DNA from: an uncultured Clostridia bacterium
GTDB taxonomy: Bacteria; Bacillota; Clostridia; Oscillospirales; Acutalibacteraceae
NCBI GenBank assembly: GCA_944380885.1
Contig: CALWIZ010000007.1
Span: 5,122-69,121 of the forward strand
Direction: 5' to 3'
Length of the DNA stretch: 64,000 nucleotides
This document shows, piece after piece, positions 54,137 through 63,800 of the stretch. How positions within the stretch are numbered: position 1 is the first letter of the stretch; every line of letters starts with the position of its first letter. The notes below the pieces were generated by a model. It was not told the origin of the DNA. It saw only the letters and a program-made list of their open reading frames with translations, and made no database searches. A program made the translations under genes and the position numbers.

Positions 54137-55046
54137 TGTGCGCTCCTCCTATAATATCTTTAAGATTGTTTATACCGTATTTCTGCATTACACGCGGCAG
54201 GTCTTCTATAATATTTTTGCAGGCGAACGGCTCCACAAGGTTCGCCGCTCCTACCTCGACGGCGGCAGCTCCCGCCAGCATCATTTCAATTACGTCCTCG
54301 GCTGTGGAAATGCCGCCCATACCGACTATCGGGATTTTTACCGCCTCGTATACCTGATAGACCATTCTTACCGCAACCGGCTTTATCGCAGGTCCCGAAA
54401 AACCGCCGGCTTTGTTGGCAAGCACCGGCTTTTTGGTTTTAAGGTCTATTCTCATTCCGAGCAGGGTGTTTATAAGCGAAAGTCCGTCCGCTCCCGCTGC
54501 CTCGCAGGCTTTGGCTATCTCGGTTATATCTGTAACATTCGGGGAGAGCTTTATAAGCACCGGCTTTTTTGTCACCTTTTTTACCGCCGCGGTGACCGCC
54601 GCCGCGTTTTCGCAGCTTGTGCCGAAAGCCAGTCCGCCGCCGTGGACATTAGGGCAGGAAATGTTTATCTCAAACCAGCCTATCGCGTCCTCACGGTCTA
54701 AAATCTCGACCGCCGCCGTGTAATCCTTTACCGAAAAGCCGCTTACATTCGCCATAAGCGGTTTTTTGAATACCTTTTTAAGCCTCGGCAGCTCCTCTGT
54801 AAGCACCTTTTCGGCTCCGGGGTTCTGAAGCCCCACGGAGTTGAGCATTCCCGCCTCACATTCGGCGATTCTCGGTGTCGGGTTGCCGAAGCGCGGCTCT
54901 ATCGTCGTTCCCTTAAAGGAAATCGAGCCTAAGCAGTTAATATTGTAAAGCTCGGCGAACTCATAGCCAAATCCGAAAGTGCCGCTTGCCGGTATTACGG
55001 GATTGTCAAGCCTTACGCCGCAGAGAGTTACTTCAGTGCTTCCCAT
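54129..55046 (-). CDS. pyrD: dihydroorotate dehydrogenase B, catalytic subunit
   Basis: [22 protein letters not shown]. 305 aa. 8-nt overlap with pyrF. Confidence 0.9.
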   Translation of the reverse strand: MGSTEVTLCGVRLDNPVIPASGTFGFGYEFAELYNINCLGSISFKGTTIEPRFGNPTPRIAECEAGMLNSVGLQNPGAEKVLTEELPRLKKVFKKPLMANVSGFSVKDYTAAVEILDREDAIGWFEINISCPNVHGGGLAFGTSCENAAAVTAAVKKVTKKPVLIKLSPNVTDITEIAKACEAAGADGLSLINTLLGMRIDLKTKKPVLANKAGGFSGPAIKPVAVRMVYQVYEAVKIPIVGMGGISTAEDVIEMMLAGAAAVEVGAANLVEPFACKNIIEDLPRVMQKYGINNLKDIIGGAHNG

Positions 55047-55771
55047 TCGATTTCCTCCCTTTCAAATACCGGCCCGTCCTTGCAGACCCGCTTCGCGCCG
55101 TTTTTGGTCATTAAACTGCACCCCATACAGGCGCCGAAGCCGCAGCCCATACGCTCCTCAAAGCTGAACTGTCCTGACGTTTCAGCGTTCGCGTTTACCG
55201 CCTTAAACATGGGCAGCGGTCCGCAGGAATAAATATAGCTGTACTCGGTTTTGTCCATAGCCGCGGTCACAAAGCCCTTTATGCCGTGACTGCCGTCGGC
55301 GGTGGTGACAAAAACCTCACATCCGAGATTTTTGAACTCATTTTCGTAAAATATTTCTGTTCTTGTGTTAAAGCCTAAAATAACAGCAGGCTTTTTGCCC
55401 TCGCTTATCAGCTTTTTGCAGAGTGCGTATAGCGGGGGGATACCCACGCCGCCGCCTATTATAAGCGGTTTTTCGCCGCTTCCCCGTGTATCAAACCCGT
55501 TGCCTAAGGAGATAAGCAAGTCAAGCTCATCGCCGGACTTTTTAAGACTTAAATTCTCCGTTCCGCCGCCGACCGTTTTGTATATAAGGGTAAGGCTGTC
55601 GCCGTCATAATCGCATATAGAAATAGGGCGGCGCAGATAAAACCCCTCTAACTTTATATTGACGAACTGCCCGGGAGCGGTAATATCCGAGGTGTCCCCC
55701 GCCAGTACCATTTTATAGACTGACGGGGCGATATTTTCGTTTGATGTTATTTTAAAAATTTCCTGTTTCAT
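55028..55771 (-). CDS. pyrK: dihydroorotate dehydrogenase B, electron-transfer (FAD/2Fe-2S) subunit
   Basis: [16 protein letters not shown]-terminal [10 protein letters not shown]. 247 aa. 19-nt overlap with pyrD. Confidence 0.9.
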   Translation of the reverse strand: MKQEIFKITSNENIAPSVYKMVLAGDTSDITAPGQFVNIKLEGFYLRRPISICDYDGDSLTLIYKTVGGGTENLSLKKSGDELDLLISLGNGFDTRGSGEKPLIIGGGVGIPPLYALCKKLISEGKKPAVILGFNTRTEIFYENEFKNLGCEVFVTTADGSHGIKGFVTAAMDKTEYSYIYSCGPLPMFKAVNANAETSGQFSFEERMGCGFGACMGCSLMTKNGAKRVCKDGPVFEREEIEWEALK

Positions 55772-55780
55772 TTTATCACC

Positions 55781-58700
55781 TTAGGCGTCAATGGTGGAGA
55801 TGCCGAGGGTGGTTTCCTCAAGCACCGATAAAAGCACCTCTACCGTGTCGAGCGATGTGAACATCGTGACGTTGTTCTCAACGGCGCAGCGGCGTATCTC
55901 GTGGCCGTCGGTTATACCGTCAGGCGAGCTTATATCCCTTGTGTTTATAACATAGGTCACATAGCCCTGTCTTATGGCGTCCGGAATTTCACGGCTGCCG
56001 TCGCTTATCTTCTTAACCGCGTGGGTGCGTATACCGTTTTCCTTTAAGAATTTAGCCGTACCCTCGGTCGCCTGAATGTTAAAGCCCATATTGTAGAAAC
56101 GGCGGATAAGGGGCAGAGCCTCCTCCTTGTCCTTGTCGGCTATCGTGGCAAGTACCGTGCCGTAGTTCGTAACATTCATACCGCTTGCCTTAAGCGCCTT
56201 GTAAAGCGCCCTTGTCAGCCTGTCGTCGTAGCCTATCGCTTCTCCGGTAGACTTCATTTCGGGCGAGAGGTAGGCGTCAAGTCCTCTGAGCTTTGAGAAC
56301 GAGAACGCCGGAGCCTTTACATACCAGCGCTTTTTCTCCGCCGGATATATCCTGTCAAAGCCCTGCTCTTTAAGGGACTTTCCGAGTATTACAAGTGTAG
56401 CTATGTCGGCAAGACTGTAACCCGTCGCCTTTGAGAGGAAGGGGACTGTTCTTGACGAGCGGGGATTTACCTCGATTATAAATACGTTTTCGTCCTTATC
56501 GACTATAAACTGTATGTTGTAAAGTCCTACAATGCCTATGCCGAGCCCCAGCTTTTTTGTATAGTCAAGTATGGTTTCCTTGGTTTTTTCGCTTATGCTG
56601 AAGGTCGGGTAAACGCTTATAGAGTCGCCGCTGTGTATTCCGGTGCGCTCAACAAGCTCCATAATACCGGGCACGAAAACGTCGGTGCCGTCGCATATCG
56701 CGTCGACCTCTACCTCCTTGCCCGAAATGTACTTATCTACAAGCACCGGCTTGTCCTCGTCTATCTCAACGGCGGTGCGCAGATATCTGCGGAGCTGTTT
56801 TTCGTCGGCGACTATCTGCATGGCTCTGCCGCCCAGCACGAACGACGGGCGCACAAGCACCGGATAGCCTATTTCCGCCGCCGCTTTAACGCCGTCCTCA
56901 ATTTTTGTTACCGCCTGTCCGCGCGGCTGTGGTATGTCAAGCTCTTTGAGCACCTTTTCAAATAAATCCCTGTTTTCGGCGCGGTCAATAGCGTCGCAGT
57001 CGGTGCCGATTATCTTAACGCCGCGGTCGTGCAGACTGTCTGAAAGATTGATAGCGGTCTGACCGCCTAAAGACGCTATTACACCTATCGGGTTTTCAAG
57101 GTGGATAATGTTCATAACGTCCTCGGTGCAGAGCGGCTCAAAATACAGCTTGTCAGAGCAGGTGTAGTCGGTCGAGACGGTTTCGGGGTTGTTGTTTATG
57201 ATTATCGCCTCATAGCCGGATTTTTTGATTGTGGTTACGGCGTGCACCGTTGAATAGTCAAACTCCACACCCTGACCTATTCTGATAGGACCTGAGCCTA
57301 AAACGATTATCTTCTTCTTATCGGATACCACCGACTCGTTTTCTTCCTCGTAGGTCGAGTAGAAATAGGGGATATAGCTTTCAAACTCGGAGGCGCAGGA
57401 GTCTATCATCTTGTAGACCGGGAACATATTTTTTTCACAGCGTATATTATAAATATCCTTGCCGGTCATACCCCACAGCTTGCCGATAAAGTCGTCCGAA
57501 AAGCCCATTTTCTTCGCCTGATACAAAAGTTCGGTGTCGCCCTTGTTAGCGGCGAGCTTTCTTTCCATTCGGACGATATTTTTAATCTTTTCAAGGAAAA
57601 GCATATCGATTTTTGTCCGGTCGTATATAAGACCCATATCGGTATTACGGCGCAGAAGCTCGGTTACGGCGCATATGCGGTCGTCGGTGCCGTCGGCAAT
57701 GTAGCTTAAAAGCTCTTCCTCAGAATAGCTGTCAAACTTTTTCATATAAAGGTGGTTTATGCCTATTTCAAGCGAACGCGCCGCCTTTAAGAGGCTTTCC
57801 TCTATCGTTCTGCCTATGCTCATTACCTCGCCGGTCGCTTTCATCTGGGTGGAGAGCTTGTTGTTCGCGGATGAAAACTTATCAAACGGGAAACGGGGCA
57901 TTTTTGAAACAACATAGTCAAGCGCCGGCTCAAAAGACGCCGGAGTGTTGGCGAGCATAATCTCGTCAAGGTGCATACCGACCGATATTTTCGCCGATAC
58001 CCTCGCTATCGGGTAGCCGCTCGCCTTTGAGGCTAACGCAGAAGAACGTGAAACACGGGGGTTTACCTCTATGAGATAGTAATTAAAGGAAAGCGGGTCA
58101 AGCGCGAACTGCACGTTGCAGCCGCCCTCTATTTTAAGGGCACGGATTATTTTAAGCGCGCTGTCACGCAGCATATGGTATTCCTTGTTGGTAAGGGTCT
58201 GTGAGGGGCATACCACTATCGAGTCGCCTGTGTGTATTCCCACCGGGTCTATGTTTTCCATATTGCATATGGTAATGGCGGTGTCGTTCGCGTCACGCAT
58301 TACCTCGTATTCTATTTCCTTGTATCCCTTTATGCTTTTTTCCACAAGCACCTGATGAACAGGGGATAACTCAAGCGCGCCGCGCAGAATTTCGGCGCAT
58401 TCCCCGGCGTTGTCGGCAAAGCCGCCGCCCGTGCCGCCTAAGGTAAAGGCGGGGCGCAGTACGACAGGGTAGCCTATCTTTTCTGCGGCGTCAAGTCCGG
58501 CTTCCATGCTCTCGGCTATTATAGAGGGCAGTACCGGCTCGCCTATCTCCTCGCAAAGCTCCTTGAAAAGCTCTCTGTCCTCGGCGCGCTCTATGCTGCG
58601 GCTCGATGTGCCTAAAAGCTCCACATTACATTCACGCAGAACGCCTTTTTTCTCAAGCTGCATAGCAAGGTTGAGTCCGGTCTGACCGCCTATTCCGGGC

Positions 58701-58960
58701 ACAATAGCGTCGGGGCGCTCGTAGCGTATGACCTTCGCGAGATATTCAAGGTTTAAAGGTTCCATATAAACCTTGTCCGCTACCGTGGTGTCGGTCATTA
58801 TCGTGGCGGGGTTGGAGTTGCAGAGTACTACCTCGTAGCCCTCCTCTTTAAGCGCTAAGCACGCCTGCGTTCCGGCATAGTCAAACTCCGCCGCCTGACC
58901 TATTACGATAGGGCCGGAGCCTATTACAAGTATCTTTTTAAGGTCGGTTCTCTTAGGCAT
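55781..58960 (-). CDS. carB: carbamoyl-phosphate synthase large subunit
   Basis: 1059 aa. [23 protein letters not shown] is duplicated internally as [21 protein letters not shown]. Confidence 0.95.
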   Translation of the reverse strand: MPKRTDLKKILVIGSGPIVIGQAAEFDYAGTQACLALKEEGYEVVLCNSNPATIMTDTTVADKVYMEPLNLEYLAKVIRYERPDAIVPGIGGQTGLNLAMQLEKKGVLRECNVELLGTSSRSIERAEDRELFKELCEEIGEPVLPSIIAESMEAGLDAAEKIGYPVVLRPAFTLGGTGGGFADNAGECAEILRGALELSPVHQVLVEKSIKGYKEIEYEVMRDANDTAITICNMENIDPVGIHTGDSIVVCPSQTLTNKEYHMLRDSALKIIRALKIEGGCNVQFALDPLSFNYYLIEVNPRVSRSSALASKASGYPIARVSAKISVGMHLDEIMLANTPASFEPALDYVVSKMPRFPFDKFSSANNKLSTQMKATGEVMSIGRTIEESLLKAARSLEIGINHLYMKKFDSYSEEELLSYIADGTDDRICAVTELLRRNTDMGLIYDRTKIDMLFLEKIKNIVRMERKLAANKGDTELLYQAKKMGFSDDFIGKLWGMTGKDIYNIRCEKNMFPVYKMIDSCASEFESYIPYFYSTYEEENESVVSDKKKIIVLGSGPIRIGQGVEFDYSTVHAVTTIKKSGYEAIIINNNPETVSTDYTCSDKLYFEPLCTEDVMNIIHLENPIGVIASLGGQTAINLSDSLHDRGVKIIGTDCDAIDRAENRDLFEKVLKELDIPQPRGQAVTKIEDGVKAAAEIGYPVLVRPSFVLGGRAMQIVADEKQLRRYLRTAVEIDEDKPVLVDKYISGKEVEVDAICDGTDVFVPGIMELVERTGIHSGDSISVYPTFSISEKTKETILDYTKKLGLGIGIVGLYNIQFIVDKDENVFIIEVNPRSSRTVPFLSKATGYSLADIATLVILGKSLKEQGFDRIYPAEKKRWYVKAPAFSFSKLRGLDAYLSPEMKSTGEAIGYDDRLTRALYKALKASGMNVTNYGTVLATIADKDKEEALPLIRRFYNMGFNIQATEGTAKFLKENGIRTHAVKKISDGSREIPDAIRQGYVTYVINTRDISSPDGITDGHEIRRCAVENNVTMFTSLDTVEVLLSVLEETTLGISTIDA

Positions 58961-60047
58961 TTTCTTTCCCCTCCATCAGGCTGATAAACTGGTCGAACAG
59001 ATAGGCGCTGTCCTGCGGACCGGGCGCGCTTTCGGGGTGGTACTGAACGGAGAATATCATATCCTTTTCGTCCTTTACACCCTCGACCGTGTTGTCAAGT
59101 ATGTTTTTGTGCGTAACGGTAAGTCCTGTGCCTTTAAGGCTTTCCTCTCTTACCGCGTAGCTGTGGTTCTGCGAGGTAATTTCAATCTTTCCGGTCTCAA
59201 GGTTCTTTACCGGGTGGTTTCCGCCTCTGTGACCGAATTTCAGCTTGTAGGTTTCTGCGCCTAAAGCAAGCGAAATCATCTGATGACCGAGACAAATACC
59301 GAATATCGGGTATTTGCCCTTAAGCTGTCTTACAAGCCCGATTACCGGCGTTACGTCCTCGGGGTCTCCCGGGCCGTTTGATAAGAAAATACCGTCCGGC
59401 TTGCATTTGATGACGTCCTCCGCCGAGGTGTTGTAGGGCATTACGGTCACGTTACAGCCGCGCGCGTTAAGGCTTCTTATAATGTTGTGCTTTATTCCGC
59501 AGTCGATAGCGACCACATTAAAACGGGCGTTTGCGGTTCTTGAATACCAGCGCTTTTTACAGCTTACCCTTGAAACGGCGTCGTGCGGAACGGGGGTTTC
59601 TCTTATTATTTGGAGCGCTTTTTCGTCGGACGTATCAATATCGGTTATAATGCCGCGGCGGCTTCCGAGGTCTCGTATGCTTCTTGCTAATTTTCTTGTG
59701 TCTATACCCTCTATTCCGGGGATTTTGTATTCCTCCATAACTTCAGAGAGGGTTTTTGTATAGCGAAAGTTTGAGGGCAGATCGTTGTACTCCCTTACGA
59801 TAAGTCCGCCTATTGTCGGCACTTTAGTCTCATAGTCCTCGTCGGCTATACCGTAGTTGCCTATGAGCGGATAGGTCATAACCACCGCCTGATATGTATA
59901 TGACGGGTCGGAAATTATTTCCTGATATCCTACAACCGATGTGTTGAAAACCAGCTCGCACACACGCTCGCCGTCAAAGCCGAAGCCGTAGCCGGTGTAA
60001 ACCGCGCCGTCCTCGGTTACAAGTTTTTTCATCTTTCGCTCTGCCAT
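58953..60047 (-). CDS. carA: carbamoyl-phosphate synthase small (glutaminase) subunit
   Basis: GICLGHQ catalytic Cys, [16 protein letters not shown] 60047 has a GGAGG RBS. An alternative ATG at 60032 overlaps the pyrC stop. Confidence 0.9.
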   Translation of the reverse strand: MAERKMKKLVTEDGAVYTGYGFGFDGERVCELVFNTSVVGYQEIISDPSYTYQAVVMTYPLIGNYGIADEDYETKVPTIGGLIVREYNDLPSNFRYTKTLSEVMEEYKIPGIEGIDTRKLARSIRDLGSRRGIITDIDTSDEKALQIIRETPVPHDAVSRVSCKKRWYSRTANARFNVVAIDCGIKHNIIRSLNARGCNVTVMPYNTSAEDVIKCKPDGIFLSNGPGDPEDVTPVIGLVRQLKGKYPIFGICLGHQMISLALGAETYKLKFGHRGGNHPVKNLETGKIEITSQNHSYAVREESLKGTGLTVTHKNILDNTVEGVKDEKDMIFSVQYHPESAPGPQDSAYLFDQFISLMEGKENA

Positions 60048-61258
60048 ACCGTTTTACCTCCGCATACTGTAATAAGATTTCTGCCGTTTACCTTTACGCC
60101 CTCAAACGGGGTGCTCCTGCCCATCGAGAGAAATTCCGCCGGATTTATCACGTACTCCGCGCCAAGGTCATAAACGCAGAAGTCTCCTGTGTCTTCTATC
60201 CCGAAACGCTTTCTCGGGTTAATTGCCATAAGCTCTGTAAGTTTTTCAAGCGTTATTATTCCGGTCTTTACAAGGAAAGTATACAACACCGGAAAGGCGG
60301 TTTCAAGTCCCACAACGCCCATAAGGCTTTTTTCAAGCCCGCGCGACTTTTCCTCCGCCGAGTGTGGGGCGTGGTCGGTGGCTACCATATCTACCGTGCC
60401 GTCCTTTATACCCTCTATAAGCGCAAGCCTGTCCCTTGCCGAGCGCAGGGGCGGGTTCATTTTAAACCTGCCGTCTTCCTTTAAGTCGCTGTCGTCAAGC
60501 ACAAGGTAGTGGGGAGCGGTCTCGCAGGTCACGTCAAGCCCTTCGGCTTTCGCTTTTCTTATAAGCTCCACGCTCTCGGCGGTCGAGATATGGCAGACGT
60601 GGTATTTACAGCCGGTTTCTTTCACAAGCCGCAAATCACGCTCTATCTGCCGCCATTCGCTCTCACTGCATATGCCTTTGTGTCCGTGCGCTTTCGCGTA
60701 CTCTCCGTCGTGTATATATCCGCCCTTTAAAAGGGAGTTGTCCTCGCAGTGGGCGGCGATTATTTTTCCGAGCCGCTTTGCCTCAAGCATCGCGCGGCGC
60801 ATCAGATCCTCGCTCTGCACGCCCCTGCCGTCGTCCGAAAAGGCTATGCAGTTTGGTGCCGTACTTTCCAAATCGGCAAGCTCCGCTCCGGCTTCGCCCT
60901 TTGTTATGGCGGCGTAAGGGTGTACCTTTATAACGGCGGTTTCCTTTATAATGTCGGTCTCAATTTTTAAATTCTCGGCACTGTCGGGCACAGGATTCAG
61001 GTTCGGCATTGTGCAGACGTCGGTATAACCGCCCCTTGCCGCCGCAAGCGAGCCCGATTTTATAGTTTCCTTATAAAAAAATCCCGGTTCTCTGAAATGT
61101 ACGTGTACATCGCAAAAAGCCGGTAAAACATAAATATTATTAAAATCGGAAAAACTGCCGGCAAAGGAACCGGCGGAAATAAAGGAATCAAGCGGAAAAT
61201 CTTTCTTTATGAAAGAACCGTTTTTATATATGTTTGCGTTTTTGAGTCGCAGTTCCAT
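60029..61258 (-). CDS. pyrC: dihydroorotase
   Basis: DVHVHFREPG, ATDHAPH. 409 aa. RBS GGGAGAG. Confidence 0.9.
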   Translation of the reverse strand: MELRLKNANIYKNGSFIKKDFPLDSFISAGSFAGSFSDFNNIYVLPAFCDVHVHFREPGFFYKETIKSGSLAAARGGYTDVCTMPNLNPVPDSAENLKIETDIIKETAVIKVHPYAAITKGEAGAELADLESTAPNCIAFSDDGRGVQSEDLMRRAMLEAKRLGKIIAAHCEDNSLLKGGYIHDGEYAKAHGHKGICSESEWRQIERDLRLVKETGCKYHVCHISTAESVELIRKAKAEGLDVTCETAPHYLVLDDSDLKEDGRFKMNPPLRSARDRLALIEGIKDGTVDMVATDHAPHSAEEKSRGLEKSLMGVVGLETAFPVLYTFLVKTGIITLEKLTELMAINPRKRFGIEDTGDFCVYDLGAEYVINPAEFLSMGRSTPFEGVKVNGRNLITVCGGKTVWQSER

Positions 61259-61276
61259 AGCTTACTCTCCCGTAAT

Positions 61277-61306
61277 AAAATAAAAAACCTGCTTTTCAAG
61301 CAGGTT
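61277..61306 (-). terminator. leader attenuator hairpin directly upstream of pyrC
   Basis: On the minus strand, AACCTGCTT-GAAA-AGCAGGTT followed by TTTTTATTTT, 20 nt before the pyrC RBS. An upstream leader segment TTTAAGCAGGG could pair with the 5' arm as an antiterminator. Confidence 0.6.
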
Positions 61307-61392
61307 ACAGGCATAAAGACACAGACTGATTTTCAGCCTTTTTTACAATCTTGCCGGCGTCACAGCACCCTGCTTAAAGATTTGTTTTTATT

Positions 61393-61421
61393 ATTTTACC
61401 ACACGCAAGTTGTAAAGTCAA
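61393..61421 (-). promoter_or_regulatory. sigma-A promoter of the pyr operon (TTGACT-17-TGgTAAAAT)
   Basis: Minus-strand reading: -35 TTGACT at 61421-61416, 17-nt spacer, extended -10 TGGTAAAAT ending at 61393. Confidence 0.55.
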
Positions 61422-61466
61422 CACAAACCGGAAGAAAAAAATTCAGACTGTCGATAAATTTAAAAC

Positions 61467-61706
61467 GGAAAGCAAATTGTACAAATATAAAAGTTTCGGT
61501 CAAACCTTTTTTAAAGGTTTGCGGATTCCAAAGGCAGAGCCTTTGGACGCTTTCCGCAGAAAGCGGAACTCTTTTTGCCTAATTAAACGCAGGAAAGGGT
61601 GAAAAAACAGTCCGGTGGACTGTCCCTGTGGGAAACCCTCGTCGGGGGTTTCCCTTTAACCTGCTCTTTATTTGTGCAATTTCCCAATTAAAGATGACTT
61701 TTTTAC
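61467..61706. repeat. multi-hairpin intergenic repeat, full-length copy C (MITE-like)
   Basis: Collinear with copy A. It carries the block CAGGAAAGGGTGAAAAAACAGTCCGGTGGACTGT(C/T)CCTGTGGGAA, which differs from copy A at one position. Internal ends AAATTGTACAAATA (left) and TATTTGTGCAATTT (right) form a 13/14 inverted repeat. It lies between the pyr promoter and the AT-rich island. Confidence 0.8.
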
Positions 61707-61723
61707 AAGCCGAGAAAAAATCA

Positions 61724-61954
61724 TCAATCGTCCTCAAGCAGTTTTGAGGGCGGAATATTCAAGACCTGAGCGATTTTAAAAAGAGTTTCGAGTGAAATAC
61801 CTTTGACCGTTCCGGAACCTTCCACTTGTCCTACAAAGCTGACACTTTTATCAATCATTTCCGCAAGGACTTCCTGCGTTAAACCAGCCTTTTTTCGGTA
61901 ATATGCTATTTTAAGTCCAAGTGTTATATAACGCTCCGGAAATTCGGTTTTCAC
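61724..61954 (-). CDS. XRE-family HTH transcriptional regulator
   Basis: 76 aa, LGLKIAYYRKKAGLTQEVLAEMIDKSVSFVGQVE. Confidence 0.8.
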   Translation of the reverse strand: MKTEFPERYITLGLKIAYYRKKAGLTQEVLAEMIDKSVSFVGQVEGSGTVKGISLETLFKIAQVLNIPPSKLLEDD

Positions 61955-62011
61955 ACTATCGCCTCCCGCAAAACAATTATCTGTATATAAAGTGAGCGGC
62001 TGATATTTAAA

Positions 62012-62320
62012 CTACTTTATCAGTCCTTTGACAATGGAAGAAATACTATCAAGCTGTTTATCGTCCAAATGTTTTAAATCTTCAATCAGCGCACTTAATT
62101 TTTCAGGATTTTGAGATTTATAATCAAAAAATTCATCAGGTGTAAGTCCTAAATATTCGCAGATATAAAAGAAAGCAGACATTGACGGTAACGACTTGCC
62201 GGACTCAATATTGTTGATATAGCCAGCGTTTTGTCCGATAGATAAACTCATATCCCTTGCCGAAACACCTTTTTTGTTTCTCAACTGTGCTAATCTAAGC
62301 GGAAAATCTTCCTCATACAT
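62012..62320 (-). CDS. XRE-family HTH transcriptional regulator
   Basis: Start at ATG 62320 after GAGGTGG. LRLAQLRNKKGVSARDMSLSIGQNAGYINNIESGKSLPS. Confidence 0.8.
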   Translation of the reverse strand: MYEEDFPLRLAQLRNKKGVSARDMSLSIGQNAGYINNIESGKSLPSMSAFFYICEYLGLTPDEFFDYKSQNPEKLSALIEDLKHLDDKQLDSISSIVKGLIK

Positions 62321-62478
62321 TTGCGTCACCACCTCACATAACATTGTATCCTATAAAACGTTTAATAATTACGGAACATTTCCTTTAAATGTGTTGATAT
62401 ATAGGATTAAAAATGATATTATTGGTTATATGCTGGAATTAAAGCGATGACTTAAAATTTATATGTGAGGTTAGAAAA

Positions 62479-62958
62479 ATGTTTGAAAATACTTGTTGCT
62501 TTTTCGGTCACAGAAAAATAGAGGACAGCGAGGAGCTTCGCGCAAGACTGTATAAGACGCTTGAAAAACTTATTACACAGGAAAACATCGATACTTTCCT
62601 GTTCGGGAGCAGAAGCGATTTCAACAGGCTATGCTACGATACTGTAACGGTATTAAAACAAAAATACCCCCACATAAGACGTATCTATGTGAGGGCGGAA
62701 TACAGGTTTATAGACGACGAATACAAAAAATATCTTCTGTCCTTTTACGAGGATACCTATTATTCCGACAGGGCAGTATCCGCCGGAAAATATGTTTACA
62801 TAGAACGCAACCGCGAGATGATAGACAAAAGCCGGATATGCGTTGTATATTACAGTCCCGATTACCTGCCGCCGCACGGAAAAAACGGCACCGCCACCGC
62901 CTTTAATTACGCATTTAAAAAGGGGAGAAAACTTTTAAACTTTTACGTGGCGCAATAA
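62479..62958 (+). CDS. SLOG-superfamily (DUF1273/YpsA-like) protein
   Basis: 159 aa. The N-terminal CCFFGHRK motif, then FLFGSRSDFNRLC, resemble DUF1273 proteins (xTGHRP...G..G.D). Divergent from the XRE gene. Assignment is from memory only. Confidence 0.5.
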   Translation: MFENTCCFFGHRKIEDSEELRARLYKTLEKLITQENIDTFLFGSRSDFNRLCYDTVTVLKQKYPHIRRIYVRAEYRFIDDEYKKYLLSFYEDTYYSDRAVSAGKYVYIERNREMIDKSRICVVYYSPDYLPPHGKNGTATAFNYAFKKGRKLLNFYVAQ

Positions 62959-63053
62959 AATTATTATACGGATTTTCAGGCAAAAAAGAAAGGCGCCCGG
63001 ACATAAAACGCGGAAGCCTTTTTTAAATTCGATAAATCTAACTGCCGTAATTT

Positions 63054-63800
63054 TTATTTTTTAAATACAAACAGATATTCGTGCGCAATCAGTAAAAAAT
63101 TATATTTTACGCTGTTTGTTTTCCAATATCCTGTTGCCTTGCAGTTATGCTGTTCTTTTATAATAATTTCCTTTAGCTTGAAACCGGCGTCCTGAAATAT
63201 TTTCATTACTTCAAAGGACATTGGTATCATACAGCCTTTTTTGCGTGTATCGCCCATCAGTATGGCGCAAAACCTGTCTTTTTTCAAAACCCGATAACTC
63301 TCTGAAGCTACTTTTTTAATTTCTTTCAAAAACTCTTTGACACCGAACTGTGACAAATCGTTTTCCAAACCTTCGCTATATTTAATAATATCGGCATAAG
63401 GCGGGTGAGTACAGATAAGGTCTATACTCTCGTCCGGAACAAAATCAAGATTTCTTGCATCGCCCTTATGAATGTAAACCTTTCCGCAGGCTCTCTCATG
63501 TTCAAAGTCTGTCTTTTCACGGCAACGTGCAAGTGCCGCGTCGTTTACATCAACACCGATTATATCCCGATTCAAAAGTTTCGCTTCTACAAGAGTAGTT
63601 CCTCCGCCGGCGAATTGATCTAAAACAATATCCCCTTCTTTTGAATATCGCAATATAATGTTTCTGGGAATGTAAGGTGACCAATTACCGCGCCATTTTG
63701 CATCGTGAGTCGCCCAATCGCCGCGCTTCGGAAAAGACCAATGTGTAGTCATTTCCAATTCAAAATCATCCGGTTCCCATTTAGTTATTTTCTTAGCCAT
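63054..63800 (-). CDS. SAM-dependent DNA methyltransferase (N6-A/N4-C type)
   Basis: Motif I region GDIVLDQFAGGGTTLVEAKLLNRDIIGVDVN, then motif IV DLICTHPPYADII. 248 aa. The ATG overlaps the stop of the upstream gene (TAATG). Confidence 0.8.
   Translation of the reverse strand: MAKKITKWEPDDFELEMTTHWSFPKRGDWATHDAKWRGNWSPYIPRNIILRYSKEGDIVLDQFAGGGTTLVEAKLLNRDIIGVDVNDAALARCREKTDFEHERACGKVYIHKGDARNLDFVPDESIDLICTHPPYADIIKYSEGLENDLSQFGVKEFLKEIKKVASESYRVLKKDRFCAILMGDTRKKGCMIPMSFEVMKIFQDAGFKLKEIIIKEQHNCKATGYWKTNSVKYNFLLIAHEYLFVFKK

Noticed and set aside
54042-54701. 219-aa + strand ORF antisense to pyrF and pyrD. Other long antisense ORFs include 37350..37829, 38202..38654, 43923..44480, 40362..40835 and 23857..24351.
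   Set aside because: These are shadow ORFs inside strongly supported genes in GC-richer DNA. Their translations are Arg/Ser/Cys-rich and low-complexity, with no RBS or motifs.
61259-61400. A PyrR binding site in the pyr leader.
   Set aside because: I looked for the conserved UCCAGAGAGG-type loop on the minus strand and did not find it. I report only a generic attenuator.
61382-61582. 66-aa + strand ORF upstream of the pyr operon.
   Set aside because: It spans the pyr promoter (opposite strand) and the left half of repeat copy C. Equivalent frames are not open in copies A and B, so it is hairpin DNA, not a gene.
43181-61706. The three repeat copies could be a CRISPR array or tandem repeat.
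   Set aside because: The copies are 8-10 kb apart in separate intergenic regions and are 100-240 nt long. There are no regularly spaced short repeats and no cas genes.
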